Assembly: GCA_951406725.2 (NCBI GenBank)
Contig: OX597819.1
Span: forward strand, 108,624,001-108,688,000
Direction: 5' to 3'
DNA from: Octopus vulgaris
Taxonomy: Eukaryota
DNA: 64,000 nucleotides
Position 1 is the stretch's first letter, and each line of letters opens with the position of its first letter. Below, one piece after another: positions 13,301 through 28,300 of this stretch. A program made the translations under genes and the position numbers. Under the pieces are notes generated by a model. The model searched no databases. It was not told the origin of the DNA and worked only from the letters and a program-made list of their open reading frames with translations.

Positions 13301-16300
13301 CAAGGTCTGAGCAAACCACTTCATTTCACGTTGCTCTAATCCTCTCAGCTGATAAATGAGTTTTCCTGTGATGGACTGGCATCTCATCCAAGAAGAAATA
13401 TATGAAACTGGGAAACTAGCCCAATGTTCTTTACTGAGTAATGTCAACTAACCAAGACGTTTACTGGAATTAGTTCATTCAATTATACATTGCACCTTCT
13501 GCTTAATTTGCTTTGTGACTAGTCAAGAGAAATCATAATCGTGTTGTTATTTAAACCCTAAGTCACAGCTCTGATTGTCTAATTAGAGATAAATTTGTTT
13601 GTTATTTCTTGCAGGTCAAGTATCTACATAGCCACTTTACACTTTGGCTCATTATTATTATTGGCAGAATCAGTAAAATTTCAGACAAAGTGCCTTGTGG
13701 TATTTAGTTACATACTTTTACACTCTGAGTTCCACTCCTACCAAGACATTTTACTCTTCAAAGATGAATAAAATAGTACCAATCAAGTTCTAAGAACAAT
13801 CTAGCTTTCTGCTTCTTTTGTCAGAACCTGTGTCTGTGTGTCTATCTTTGAAATGATGATAAACGTTTAGCTGAACCTGTGACCCTGTTTTGATACCCAT
13901 GTAAAGCATTTCTCCTAAGTTATATTCCAAATATTCATTAAAAAAAAAACAAGAAATAATGAAACTGTCAAATTTCCTATTCTTATTAATTTGTTATTAT
14001 TTCTGCTTATGTATGAGATCAAGATATTATCAATGTCTTCTCTCTAGGCCCTTCCAAAACTGCAGAGGCTTGAAGTAATTAATTTTGGTGATTGTCTTCT
14101 GAAGACTGGAGGTGCAAAAGCTATAGGTGAAAGTTTGAAGACATCACATCCATGTTTAAAAGTGAGTTGTATTCATTTTATTATTGTCAGATTTGTTGAC
14201 TTGCTAGTTGTAAGAGTTTTTAGATAGATAAACTATTGTACTGCGACTATCCTTTTTCTTGGTGCAAACCTAACATTAAGGTATTGTGTAAGATGTCAAA
14301 AGAATTTGGGGACCAGACTGCTGATCAATTAATTGTCTCTATCTCTAGTTTAATCATCTTATTGCCATATTTCTAATGATGTATACTGCTTATGTGCTTC
14401 AGTAAATTCAGAAATTGACTAGGAATGCATTATGTCATCATCATCATCATCATCATCGTTTAGCGTCCACTTTCCATGCTAGCATGGGTTGGACGGTTCA
14501 ACTGGGGTCTGGGAAGCCAGAAGGCTGCACCAAGCCCAGTCTGATCTGGCAATGTTTCTACGGCTGGATGCTCTTCCTAACGCCAACCACTCCGTGAGTG
14601 TACTGGGTGCTTTTTACGCGCCACCGGCACAGGTGCCAGACGAGGCTGGCCAACGGCCACGATCGGATGGTGCTTTTTACATGCCACCGGCATGGGGGCC
14701 AGGCTAGGCTGGCAACGGCCACAATCGGATGGTGCTTTTTACGTGCCACTGGCAATGGCCACGTTCGGATGGTTCTCTTACATACCACCGGCAATGGTAT
14801 CACAGCTGCAATTTCCATTGAAGTAGATCGATTAGCAAAATAACTTTTTCATTAATTATGGTGTTTATATGCAAATCATCTTCGTTTAACATGTTTTCCA
14901 TGCTGGCATGAGTTTGACAGGAACTGTCCAGGCTCCAATTGTCTGTTATGGCATGGTTTCTATGGTTGGATGCCCTTCCTAATGCCACCTACTTTACAGA
15001 ATGTGTTGGGTGCATTTACACAGCCCAGTATTAGTGCATTTTATGTGGTACCAGCACCCGTAAAGGACAAGCCTGTATGTATGGATGGCTGTAATTTTAC
15101 TTAGCTTGATGTGTCATCTCATGTACAGAAAATTGCCACAACTGTCGGTCCCTTGTCATTTTCTCAGTGATAAAGTTATAACAAAAGGTTCTGATTTGTA
15201 TATGATCATTTTCAAACAGACAAGTTTTTTATAATAGAATCAACAGCAGTGTCAAGCAGTTTGGTTTGGAAAAAATCAAATCTCTTTATAATTTACTAGA
15301 GTTGTGCGTGTGTGTGAGTATATGCCTCCAAGCCATGTAGTCTTGGGTTCAGTCCCACTGCATGGCACCTTTGACAAGTGTCTTCTACTGTAGCTCCAGG
15401 CCAGCCAAAGCCTTTTGCGTGGATTTAGTAGACTGAAACTGAAAGAAGTTCATTGGGTGCGTGTGTAACAGACACATACATCAAGTTGAATATAATTGTC
15501 TAAAAACTTCATGTCTTACTGTTTTGAATTGTATTCATAAAACTTGCCCCTGGATCTTAGTGGTGAGCAACTTAAGATCTAGGCCTGTCAGAACAAGAGT
15601 TTTGCTCCTAAGTTAGGCTGTTGTCATGAGGAAGCTTTGATTTATAAATTCTAGATCTACCTGTAGATGGAAGTCATGTCAAGGAGAGAACTATTGACTT
15701 CATCAAATGATAATCACTGCAGATACATTTTGTTTTTCATTATGCATGTTCACACATGAACATAGCTACACCAAATGACTCTCTAGATACATTGTCTGGT
15801 GGAGAGCTGGCAATTACAAAAAAAAAGAGTAAGAAGTAAATGGAGTTTTGTTACATTAGATGAATGAGGTAAAAACAAGTGTAGGTTCATTATCTCAATG
15901 GCTTGGTAATGACAATGATAATCATTTCAAGATTATAAATTTTGTGAATTATTAAACTCATTTTTAGGATATTTATTTACAGTATTTATATCTACAGTTT
16001 CAATCACTTCAATCTCTAGTTGTCATTTGGTAAGATCCCAGTTTAGATTACTCTGTCAAATGTAATGCTTATTTCTTCATATTGATTTCAATTAATCATG
16101 GCTTGTAGTTTTGAGATTTCACCAGTGTGATTGCTTATTTTTAGAATGACATTGTACAGTATTCGTGAGAGGCTGGATCTGGTCTGTTTGAACATAAAAC
16201 TAATAGATTATTTAGGTTAGATATAGCCATTCTAAATGCTAAAGGGTTAAATTCAGTTTAGGATCATGTAGATATCCAGAGATTCAACACTTGTTGATCT

Positions 16301-19300
16301 GTGATCAAAATGTAAATTGTAGGTATAAATATTTTCAATACACCCACTAAAGATGATATTAAAAGATTGGAAAAATTAAATTTAATCAATCCATCTCAGA
16401 TATTTAAATCTTTGATAATTGCTGCTTGTATGATAATGTGACTTTTTCAAATATAAAACTATATATTTTCTCCTGTTTGTAGCAACTTATATTAAGTGGT
16501 AATGAAATAGGAAGAGATGGCGCCAGTGTTGTAATCAAGGCAATGCAGAATAAAGAAAATTTGGAATTTGTAGAGCTCAATGGTAAAGTCTTTATTCATT
16601 TATTTGTTTGTCTGTTCATTTATATCTTAATGAAATAATTTGAACTCCTGCCTATTGCATGGAGCTGATGTGAGAGCACTAGTGTGATTATTTGACCTAT
16701 AAGAAATAACAAATCAAGTCTTGAATGAAGGTGGCTTTGGATACTGTAGTCATAGACATAGCAATATAATTGTCTGAAAAAAGAGATTAGGTAAAGCACC
16801 TTGCTAAATGCATTTCAAGCCAATAAGGAAGCCTATATATGGTCACTTGACTGGCTAGAAATAGCAGCAAATCTCCATCAAATAACTTATTACTATATTA
16901 AGCAAAGTACATATTGTATACTTAGTCCTAAATATCCTACAAAGACAGGATGGTCCTAGCTGAATGCCATTGATCATGGGCCTGCTTGATCAGGGATGAC
17001 TTGCAGCTTAACAACTGACAGCATTCATTGGAAAAGTAGTGGAGTGACAGAATCAGTATAATGGTAAATGAAATACCATGTCCTGTCTCATTACATCTCA
17101 TTATGTCCTAAGTTCAAATCTTACCAGGCCAGTTTTGACCTTTCACTTCCCATAGGTTAATTAAGTCACTGAAACTGTTGTGAGCTTAATTAAAGTACTA
17201 GTGATACAGTGAGGGTTCATTCAATCATTTTTGCATTTCCTCTACATACTTCTGCCCTTATTTCTGTCTAAAATTCATTATTAGAAATAAATATTACTTT
17301 GCAGTGTTTTATTCTATCTTGTTTTCTCCTAAGTTCAATTCTTTTTAGAATTGGTTTCCTTCAGCTTTGTGCACATGCATGTAGCGCACGCACTTAAATC
17401 TACAAAAAAAAAACCATTTACATGCTGATATACATAGATGCATACATCTATTCTGTAATTGTGATTTTATTATCACTAATGCATGAAAAGTGGTCTTACG
17501 ATATCTAATATTAAGACATCTTTATTTTCTTTCTATTAAATAAAATATTTCTTTTCTCCTTTTGTTTCATGATTGTTGTTGCTTTCTTTCAGAAAACTGC
17601 ATAGGTGAGGATGGAATAGAGAATATTAAGGTTTATATGGAGTCTATTGGGAAACTTGATTCTCTTGGTTCATTTAGGTAAGTGTCATCTTGTTTAATAA
17701 AATATTTAGTTCAGTTCATTCTTGTATAGATAACTGTATTGCTTGTTTAAATGCTGTGGAAACCAGGGTAAACTCTGGCATAATAAACTTGTAGGCTTTT
17801 GGTGGACCTAAGATGAGGCAATGTAACTAACATTACCCTTTAAGCTAGAAACTATTTTTACAACAACAGCAATAATGACATTAATAATAATTTAGTAACA
17901 CACTTCTGATCCACTAATTATACACTTCTCATGTTTGTAAAGCGACTTTGACTAAAGTGTTAAAGACAATTTTCAATGGTTGAAAGGTTTGTGTAGACCA
18001 GTATCTATATCTTCACTTTCTGTAGTATTTTCCATCATAGTTATGTGTAAGAAACATCTGGTAAGTTATGTTCCAAATACAATGAAAATGTTAGCTATTT
18101 TACTAAATCCTTTCTACAAGAGATGACTGCGCTGGTATGGTCATGTGGTGAGAATGAATGAGGATAGCTGTGTGAAAAACTGTCACACCCTAGTGGTTGA
18201 GGGAACCTGTGGAAGAGGTAGACCCAGGAAGACCTGTGATGAGGTGGTGAAGCACGACCTTCAAACATTAGGCAGCACCGAGGCAATGACTAGTGACCGA
18301 GATCTTTGGAAATACGCTGTGCTTGAGAAGACCCGGCAAGCCAAGTGAGACCATAACTTCGTGGCCTAATCCAGTAGTGTAACCAGCCCACTTATGTGTA
18401 CCTTTCTTTCATTGGACACTAAACTCTGCTTGTGAAGACCTGTTGAGGCAAGTGAAATCGAAATCAAATTTGCTGATGTGGCCGATGACAGCACCACCTG
18501 TCTGACATCCGTGCTAGTGGTACATTAAAAGCACCATCCGAGTGTGATCATTGCCAGAGCCACTGACTGGCTCCTGTGCCGATGGCATGTAAAAAGCACC
18601 ATTCGAACATATTTCCAGCGTCGCCTTGCTGGCACTTGTGCCAGTGACATGTGATAAACAACATTTGAGTGAGGTTGTTGCCATTGCCGCTGGACTTGCT
18701 CCTGTGCAGGTGGCACATAAAAAACACTGTTCGAGCATGGCCATTGCCAGTACCACCTGACTGGCCCTCGTGCCGGTGGCACATAAAAGCACCCACTACA
18801 CTCAGAGTGGTTGGCATTAAGAAGGGCATCCAGATCAGGTTGGAGACTGGTGCAGCCATCTGGCTTGCCAAACCGTCCAACCCATGCCAGCATGGAAAGC
18901 GGACATTAAACGACGACGATGATGTGTTTTTTTTTTCCCCAAAATTAATTAAAACAAATCTGAAAGATTATTCTAGAAATATATTCAGAAAAGTGTTTAA
19001 CAAGTATTCATTTGCTCAATTAATCTCACAACTGCACTCTGACCTTATAATGATTTGGCTTTGGTTCCATTTCTTCTTCAACTCTCAAAAACCATAGGTC
19101 AGTGATTGTAGATTCTTAAATGGTGGTGGTGTTGGTGGATCTCTGTCATTCAACAATGAGAATTCAGTTATTCAGTCAACTGAACACATAATCAGCAGAA
19201 ATAGCGTATGCTCTTAACATAAACAGTAGAATCAGCATGACACTGTGTGTGACAAGGCTGTATCTTTGGAATTACAGGCACAATCCTCCTTCTGTACAAT

Positions 19301-22300
19301 TTCCATCTATTGGTGTGGCTTAAACTTGGGGCTATAGAAAATGAAATTAGCCAAAGATGCTATGCAGTGGGATCAGACCTTGGATTTTGTATATTCAAAG
19401 TGAACTTCTTAATTATCATCATCATCATCATCATTTAACGTCCGCTTTTCATGCTAGCATGGGTTGGACGATTTGACTGAGGTCTGGCAAACCAGATGGC
19501 TGCACCAGACTTGCCTACAGATTCTTTGAAGACCACTAACTAAATGCTTTTTCCACTTAAACTGTAACATTCTGGAATTCCCTGCTCAACATTTTTGTCA
19601 GGAGCTCTCTATCAACTGCAGCCATCTAACCAGTTTAGGATTTTGCCCTTTAAAGGCCATGAACATTTCCTCTTTTGTCTAACAAAATTAAAAAGACTTG
19701 TTATTTATTTTCTACAATTTTCTCCTTACCTATGTTTTTCTAGCTGACATGGACCTATAAATAAATATGCAAGTGAAATATAAACTGCATTGTACTCTAC
19801 ATGTATTTGATGTAGTTCTGAAGTTTCTTTTCCTTTTCTCAGTGATGATGAAGGTGATGATGAAGAGGACGAAGAGGAGGAGGAAGATGAGGAAGAAGAA
19901 GAAGAAGAAGAGGAGGATGAGGAGGAAGAAGAGGATGAAGTGAGAATTTTTATTATTATTAAAAAATATTTTCTGCTGCTAGTTCTCTATATTTGCACAA
20001 ATGAGTTAGCTATTTGTAGGATTAACTGCATTTACAATTGTATGAAATCACTTTCTACTACTGATCATGAAGTAGATTTTTTTTTTCCCATATGATGTAA
20101 TCTCTTTTCTGATGTATCATTTGCTCTCCTCTTGAAGTGCAATGTTTGGTAGTGAATGCACAAGATTGGAGGTAAATGAGTTGTATATATATATACATAT
20201 ATATAGTCAAATCATCATCATTTAATATCTTTTGCAAGCTCACATGGCTTGGACGATTGAACAGAATCTGACAAGTTCATACTTCAATGCCTCCTTTGGT
20301 ATGGTTTTTATCTCTAGATATCCTTCCTAATACCAATCACTTTACAGAGACTACTGGATGTACTCACTCTAATTTGTAAGGCTAAGGCCCCACTCAGTTG
20401 AGTGGCACTGTGGTAGAGGGAGATGACTTTGAGAGGTTAAAGTATGAAAGAAAGGAGAGGAATAGGTTTATTGCTGTAGAGGAAATACATGGCTGTTTTT
20501 GTTTAACATAGGATTTAATTTGAGGAAGATTTGGCTGCTCTTTCTACCAATTTTGTAATTGTGCTGAGGCTTCTTCTTATCTTAAGTGTTTAACCCTTTC
20601 GTTACCGTATTTATTTTGAGATGATCTATGTTTCTTTGAATTACTTAAAATGTAACTAAGAATATAGTAAAATAACTTAGTTATCATTCAGCTAGTGTTA
20701 GGAACATAAATTGTGACTAAGGTTTGGTGGAAGATTTTAATTCAAAACTTCTGAAAACAAAAGATTTGTACTACAGAGCCAGAGCCAGTTTCAGCCGGGT
20801 TGGTAACGAAAGGGTTAAATCAGACAGGTGAAGTAATGCATGATGAGAAACAGTATTGTAGACCAAGGGAAGGGATACGAGATCATGGGGGGAATGAGTT
20901 GCTTTGTGTATAACCAGCAATATGTTATCCATTATAATCTGTTATATGGTCAAGTGTAACATCCTATCCAGGTAGATATTTCTCAACTGCTTCTTACAAG
21001 CACTCAGCTTTTTGGAATTATACATAGTGCTACACTAGTTTCCTCCTATTATTTTAAATTTATTTATTCACTTATTTCTGTAAATTCCGTTTTGTGACAG
21101 GATGAAGACATTGAAGGAGATGAATATGTAGATAGCCTTAAAGCCAGCGAATTGATAAAGACTCCACCACATAAGGTAATAGATTCTTTCCTCTTATAGA
21201 GACTTTGAGATGATGGTTAGGTTTATTTGTCTTGTTGATGTTTACTAACAAAGCTTAATTTGTTTGTTATTATTTCAGTTTGATTTTTGTTCCAACTCAA
21301 TCCTAATCATAATAAAATTCCTACACTTTTTTAAAAAACTTTCTGCTCCTGAAACCAGATTATAGATTGAGATGGAGTAATTAAGTGTAAGACATATATT
21401 TAGTCTTACTCCGCTGTAAATTTTGGATTAAAATTATAAAAAGGAATGTACCTGGTTGCCCGTTTAAAATAATGTCACTTCAGCTGTGTTGGATCTCATT
21501 AAGTTTATGTATTACATTGGATTTCAATAAGGGGTAGAAGATAAAAGAAAAGATGATAGTGATGGGATGCTACAGCACAAGGCTTTTGTATTGTGAGTGC
21601 ATGTCTGTACACATGCCAGGTTGCTTTGAGTATTACTAGTAACATGTAACCCTGTACAATCTGTTATATTATTGGGTTGTTAGTAACTAAATTGGCATCC
21701 CCAGCAGGACAAAGAAATGTGTCAAAAGACAAATGAACCTAGAGATAGCCTTTACCTGTCTAGCAATAGTGAATAAGGACAAATACTCATGATGGTGGTA
21801 AATGAATGAGCTTTAAAACTATTTTGGATGTAATGAACTCATAATTCTTATCAAAGTATCTGTTTAGCAAAGAGGTTGGTAGGGTTCCATAGCCATGGTG
21901 GGGACAACACTTATCTGAACTGTTCTACACCTTTCTGGGTGAGTTCAGAACAATGAAGGCTAGGGGAGTTTATTCTGTAGGGAAAAACAAACTGTGACAT
22001 TCAGTGTTAAGGCAGTTTCTAACAGATTGGTTTTGCAGCTAGGAGAAAGTAACAGTTGTCTTGGGTAACTCTTACCACTGGGCCTATCTCCTTTGTAGTT
22101 AATGATACTAGGAAATGTGCACCCTCAGTTCCACTTTTGAATATCATTGCATAGATATCTTCTGCAATCTAGATCATGGATCTCGGATATGGTTGTTGTG
22201 GAAGTTGGAGCATAATGTGTGCTTGTAACATTGAAATACCATCACTTCCATAGTTTACTTACAGTAGGTATAGCATAAGCTGTATCACTTGCAATTTTCC

Positions 22301-25300
22301 AGTCATCTGTGTAGCTGTGTTCTCTGATGTTACTCTTTAATTGTCATCAAAAGATCTGCAACAGGAGATGATGGTTATCAGTGAATTTGACAGACAACCA
22401 TAAGCATACGTGTGTGTGTCTGTATCCATGTTTTAGAGTAGGTGCACTATCTATGAGGTGACTAAAAGGGATGATATCAGCTAAGGCATCCAGCAGTAAA
22501 ACAGTGCCTGAAAAAAGTCACACATATTCCATGCTAACATAGAAAAGCTTGGAGAAAAATAATGATGTGTGTGTGTGTGTCGTGTAACTGGCACTCTTGC
22601 CAGTGGCACGTAAATGACACCCGATATGTTGTTCTTGAGAAAATTTGCCAAGGTAAGTAAAATTGTAGTCATGGCCGATGACAGTGTTGCATACTTGGCA
22701 CCTGTGCCAGTGGCACATAAGAAGCACCCTTTGAATTTTGGGCCTCACAGAGGCAGTGACAAGTGACTGAGATCTTTGGCAACATACTGTGCTTGAGAAG
22801 ACCTGTCGAGCCAAGTAAGGTCATAGTTGTGGCCAATGCCAGTGTTTAGTAACTGGCACCTGTGCCGGTGACATGTAAAAAACACTCACTACATTCTTGG
22901 AGCAGTTGGCATTAGGAAGGGCATCAAGCTGTAGAAATCATGCCAAATCAGATTGAAACCTGGTGCAGCCTACCAGTTTAGTCAAACTGTTCAACTCATG
23001 CCAGTTTGGAAAACAGACTTTAAATGATGATAATGTGTGAGAGAGAGAGAAAGAGACCGACAGATAGATCTAATGCAAAAGGTCCTTGATGTGCAGCATG
23101 CAGGTGAAAAGGCAGACAAGATAAAGGGAGGAAGTGTGTATTACATCTGTCAAATGGGTGAGGGCATCATGGCAAAAAACAAGGCCTACAACATCTGAAG
23201 AATATCAGTGACTCCTCAGAACTGGGTGGCATTCACCCAGCAGCACAATTTGTCAAATGCTTCTTTTTTCATGTTTAGTAAAAACAATTTTTTTTTCCAA
23301 TTCATTAAAGAATTTACTGTTTTTTCAGAGTGGAATCTTCATTGAACACATACATGCATACATACATACGCATACAAACTCTAGGCATGGTTGTGTGGTT
23401 GAGAAGTTTGCTTTACAGTCATATGGTTTTGGGTTCAGTTTCATTGCATGCACCTTGGGAAAGTGTCTTTTGTTATAGTCTCAGCCCACCAAAACCTTGT
23501 GAGTGGATTTGGCAGACGGAAACTAAAAGAACCTGAACATGTATATATGTATGTGTTTGTGTTTTTCTATTCTCGTTTTAACATTGTCTACTAATTGTAA
23601 ACAGATGTCACTGCCATACAGGTGGTATTGTTTGTTTACAATCTACAATGAAATCTTGTCCAGCCATCATGCTGTTCATGTTCAAAAAGCTAGAGGAAAC
23701 ATTACATTGCTTTGAAACCAGTGAGGGTTGGTGACAGGAAGAGCATCTGGACAGAGAAAATCTGCGTCAGTGAATTTTGTCTGACCTATGCAATTACGGA
23801 GAAGGAAACATTAAAATGATATGGATAATGTGTGCGATTGTTGATATTCCAACTGCTTGAGTGAAACGGTTATGACGTTTGCATTCCTTGTTGATATTAT
23901 GTTCAAACACTGCACTTTTGAACACATGTAAGAGTTGTCAACAAGAAAGGTATCCAGTTGTTAAATTCTCCCTCAGTTATGTTCCCATCTAACTCATACT
24001 AGCATGAAAACAAACACATTAAATTAATAAATATATGACATTAAAATATAAAAATACACATTCACCATCAATATATGATTTTAGTGAGCCATATACAAAT
24101 AAATTTGGTTTTCCACAATACTTGGAAATTCATATAGGTATTTTTCTCAGCAGGTTTTACAGGTTGTAATTGGAGCATGTAATCTTACAATTGAAGTTAA
24201 AATATTTTCTTGCTCCATGACACCCTAGAGTAATTACTCAAATACCTTATCCCATAAAGAAATATAGATAATAGCAGATTTTGATGAAGTTGTTTGCCTG
24301 TTTCCAAGTTTCTGCTGATGTAAAGAAAAAGGTACATAGCGTGTACATTGTTTCTGAGTTGAATGGTAATAATAAGAATCACTGAGGAAGGGTGAAAATG
24401 AGAAAAAAGAACAAAGAAGGCTGTAGGATGTAAAACAATGTGAGGGGAAATATGATAAAATGAAAGACATGTTCTAAGTTTCCCTTACATTTTTAATGTG
24501 TATATTGCATGTATGCGTGTATGTATATATATATATGTACATACATGTGTATATAGCCCTTTTTGTTATTTTGAAACAACTATTCTTAAATTCATATGTC
24601 TATTACCATTTTAAGCTGTTTCAAAGTAAGCATAAAGGGCAAATAAAGAAATATGTAAAAATCTTAATACAAAAGATCAAACTTAAACATAGTATGTCTA
24701 GAAAGTTTGTTTCTTTTCCTCTCTCTCTCTCTCCTTCTCCCCCCCTCTCTGTGCTTGCCCACACACACACATATATGGAAAAACTGAAGGCACACAGCTT
24801 AGAGTGTTGGGCTCACAAGCATGAAGTAGTGAGTTTGATCCCTGGACCAGGTTGTGCTGTGTTCTTGAGCAAGACATTTTATTTCATGTTGCAGAAATTT
24901 CAGCTGTAGAAATGAGTTGCATGGAGAAGGGTGGCTGATATGCATGAGCAACTGCTAGTCTTCCATAAAGAACCTTGCCTCAACTTGTGCCTTGGTGGAT
25001 AACTTTCTAGGTGTAATCCCATGGTCATTCATGACTGAAGGGGGTCTTTACCCTTTATATATGAAAAAAACAAACAAAAAATTTAATTTTAAAAAGTATA
25101 AAAAAAAATAATTTATAAACAAAAGGGAAATGAAGACATAATTTTCTTAAATCACAATATTCAATAGTTAAGAATTGACTCCTCTTTCAGTGAGTTTGTT
25201 AAATTAGTTCACTACTTTTCTTCCAGTTTTGTTTGGAAGTTTCATTGTGACTAGTTGTGTGTATATCAGAATCATTTCATATGGTGCAAGTAAACACTTT

Positions 25301-28300
25301 TTTTTTTATGTGTGTTAGCTTTCATATCAGAGAAATCAGTGGAGCTTGATAATGCAATTTGTTCATTTTGTCTTATGTTCTGTGGTATTCTATGAGTTCA
25401 CTGTCCTGTGACTTTTCATACTGCATTGTGTAGTCTTTGGTATGTTAACTATGTTTTTAGTGTTTCTATTGTGTTAGCTGTTAATATTTTCTCTTCACTA
25501 ACCAACTGTGAACGGCTTTTAAAGGTTTCTACATTAATCAGTTCTTGTCTCATTATTTTCTTAATCATCACTCCTTGACTTATTCATTTGCCTTAGTTTT
25601 TAAACAAGTCTTCCTTCACATAATGTATTGAAACTGTGCTTGTTAGTTCTACCCTTGGTTCAGCTTTTCTTTTATCTACTCCTCATGTAAGCTCAGTAAC
25701 AAGACAACAATCTACTACTCTAATACTCTCTAGCACCTGGTGTCTATGCTCTCTGCACCAGAACTCCTCACCTTCAGTTCTAACTGTTAGTTTTGAAGAC
25801 TGGCAGAAGGAACAGGAAGATTGCATGTGTGACCACTGGTTACGTTGTTGCAGTGATTGTGATATGTACTTGTGTTTGAAAACTGTTTTCCTGTTCTGTT
25901 TGCAGGGTGACATTTGTGATGAGCTTGAAGAACTTTCTCTAAAACTGGAGAAAACCCAAATTTGTTGTGACCAACTTGAAAATACAGATCTTTAAACAAA
26001 ACCATTAATTTCCCTGGTTTTCGTTGTTGTTGTTTTTTTTTTTATCATTGATGTTGTCTGGCCCTAGGCCTCTATGTAGGTTATTGATCAATCACCAAGG
26101 TACAACCCACAGGTCAATTGTCTGAGGTATACCATATCTCCACTTAGATGAAAACCACACTGTCATACTAACATACGATATGGCAGTGTAGACATGCACT
26201 CTCTCCACCATCTGTCTATTTCCATACACCTGCTGTTGTTGGTATGCTAGGTCAGACCCATGATCAAATGTTTTTCGACTATCATCATTATCATTTAACA
26301 TCCATTTTCCACATCGGCATGAGTTGGACAGTCTGGCAGGATCTGGCCAGCCAGAGAGCTGCCCAGGCTCCATTTTGTCTGTTTTGGCAGGGTTTCTACA
26401 GCTGGATGTCCTTCCTAATGCCAACCACTTTACAGAGCGTACTGGGTGCTATTAACATGGCACCGGCTCCCACAAAACTAGGAACTCTCAGCTGAATGAG
26501 GGACATAGAGGACATGCCTATGATCATTCATTTCTTTTATCAAGGACTTCATTGTCAAATATTTCCTTTTATTCAAGAGATTTCACTGATATTTTGTTGG
26601 TTGTGTTTGCCAGCAAATTCTGCTGATGTGTCCAAGGTCTTCCTCTGCATTTATCACATGTTGCTGTTGTTTTAAAACCAGAATGAGATCAATTGTCACG
26701 GTCTCTGTTGAAGTCATTTGCTCTCTTCAAAAAAAAAACTCTAAAATCTCATTTACATTTAATTAATTTTAGTGCTGTATGCTAATTAAAATGCAGATGT
26801 TTATTACCTGTTGTGATAACCTGTACTTCTTAAGATGTAGTTTTGGGAAGAAGAGCTAAATTATAATATTTTTTGTTTCACACGGAGAATAAATTTGAAA
26901 ATAACTGTCCCTGATGCCTTCAGAGTTTGTTTTTGTTTAACCCTAGTTCAACCGAGGTTGAACAGTCCTATAATCAAAGGCATTCCTACCAGAACCATCC
27001 CAACTTTTTACGTTATGCAGGACTGCCCTGTTTAACATACATCATCATCATCTTTTAGCATCCGCTTTCCATGCTAGCATGGGTTGGACGGTTCAACTGG
27101 AGTCTGGGAGGCCAGAAGGCTGCACCAGGCCCAGTCTGACCTGGCAATGTTTCTATGGCTGGATGCCCTTCCTAATGCCAACCACTCCATGAGTGTAGTG
27201 GGAGCTTTTTACGTGCCACCGGCACGGGGTCCAGGCGAGGCTGGCAATGGCCCCTTTCCTTATTTAAAGCAGTAGAGTGTGATATGTGGAAGATATGGCT
27301 ACCTAGCCCTAGTGGGTTAGATGACTATGTTGAGGCTCCTGGGTCAACTACCTTCCCAGTAGAGATTTCCAAAGACTGGTGCATATTCTAGTTTATCGCA
27401 AATGACTGTGCTAGTCTGATACACATTGATGTCATCTGGGTGGAGTGAGTAATAAGGAATAAAAGGATTTGCCCAGATTCACAACTAAGTTCCAGCAGTA
27501 TGTTTGAACTCATGAGTCATGAATGGGTAGTCTAACACTTTACCCAAATAGCAAATATGTCGAGTTGTCACTGTACTACTAAAGATCATATTCCATTCCC
27601 ACTACATTCCATATTTACTTTATTTGATTAAATTTTCCAGAGTTGTTTCTCTTCTGTTTTTTTTTATTTTTTATTTTATTTTTATTTTTTTTACAAAATT
27701 AGTCATTTAGAGAATTTTGTTAAAATTTCTTTGGGTGCTCCATTATGTTATACCCATTTTACTGTTAAGTTACCATGCAACAGGCATCTCTGGATGTTTT
27801 TCCCAAGTCATTTTTAAGTTATTATGCCACTCTGTGTTCATTTACTAAAACTCTCTATATACTTCTCTAATCATTCTAAGATCTACAGAAATGGTTGGAC
27901 TACACTAGCAGGTCCAATGGAACAAACATGTTCAAAGATGTCACTATACATCTAAAACCAGACTTGCCGCATCTTGTTTTTTACTATAGTCAGTTGTCGT
28001 CTCCTTTGTGAGGCTCAGCATCATGATGTCATCCTTTGCCACATTTTCCCATGTTTTCTTGTTCTACAGGCACCTTCCATATGGATCTTTTGACACATTT
28101 TTACTAAGCTCACGTTCTTCATATGCGTCATATGTCTGTACCAGCGCAGCGTTTTTTGCACACTGTAATCCTTATGTCTTACTCCCATGCAGTATTGTAT
28201 TTCACATGCAAGCATAGTACAGTCTATCCTTCCCTCAAAGTAAAAGTCCATTTATTCCCATAAAAGGTGATAATTACTTAACTTCTCAAGTCCCTGTTCA

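Noticed and set aside
14415-14843. His-rich ORFs (HHHHHHRL...) here and at 52973-53272
   Set aside because: Translations of the (CAT)n tail and 3'UTR of RTE fragments.
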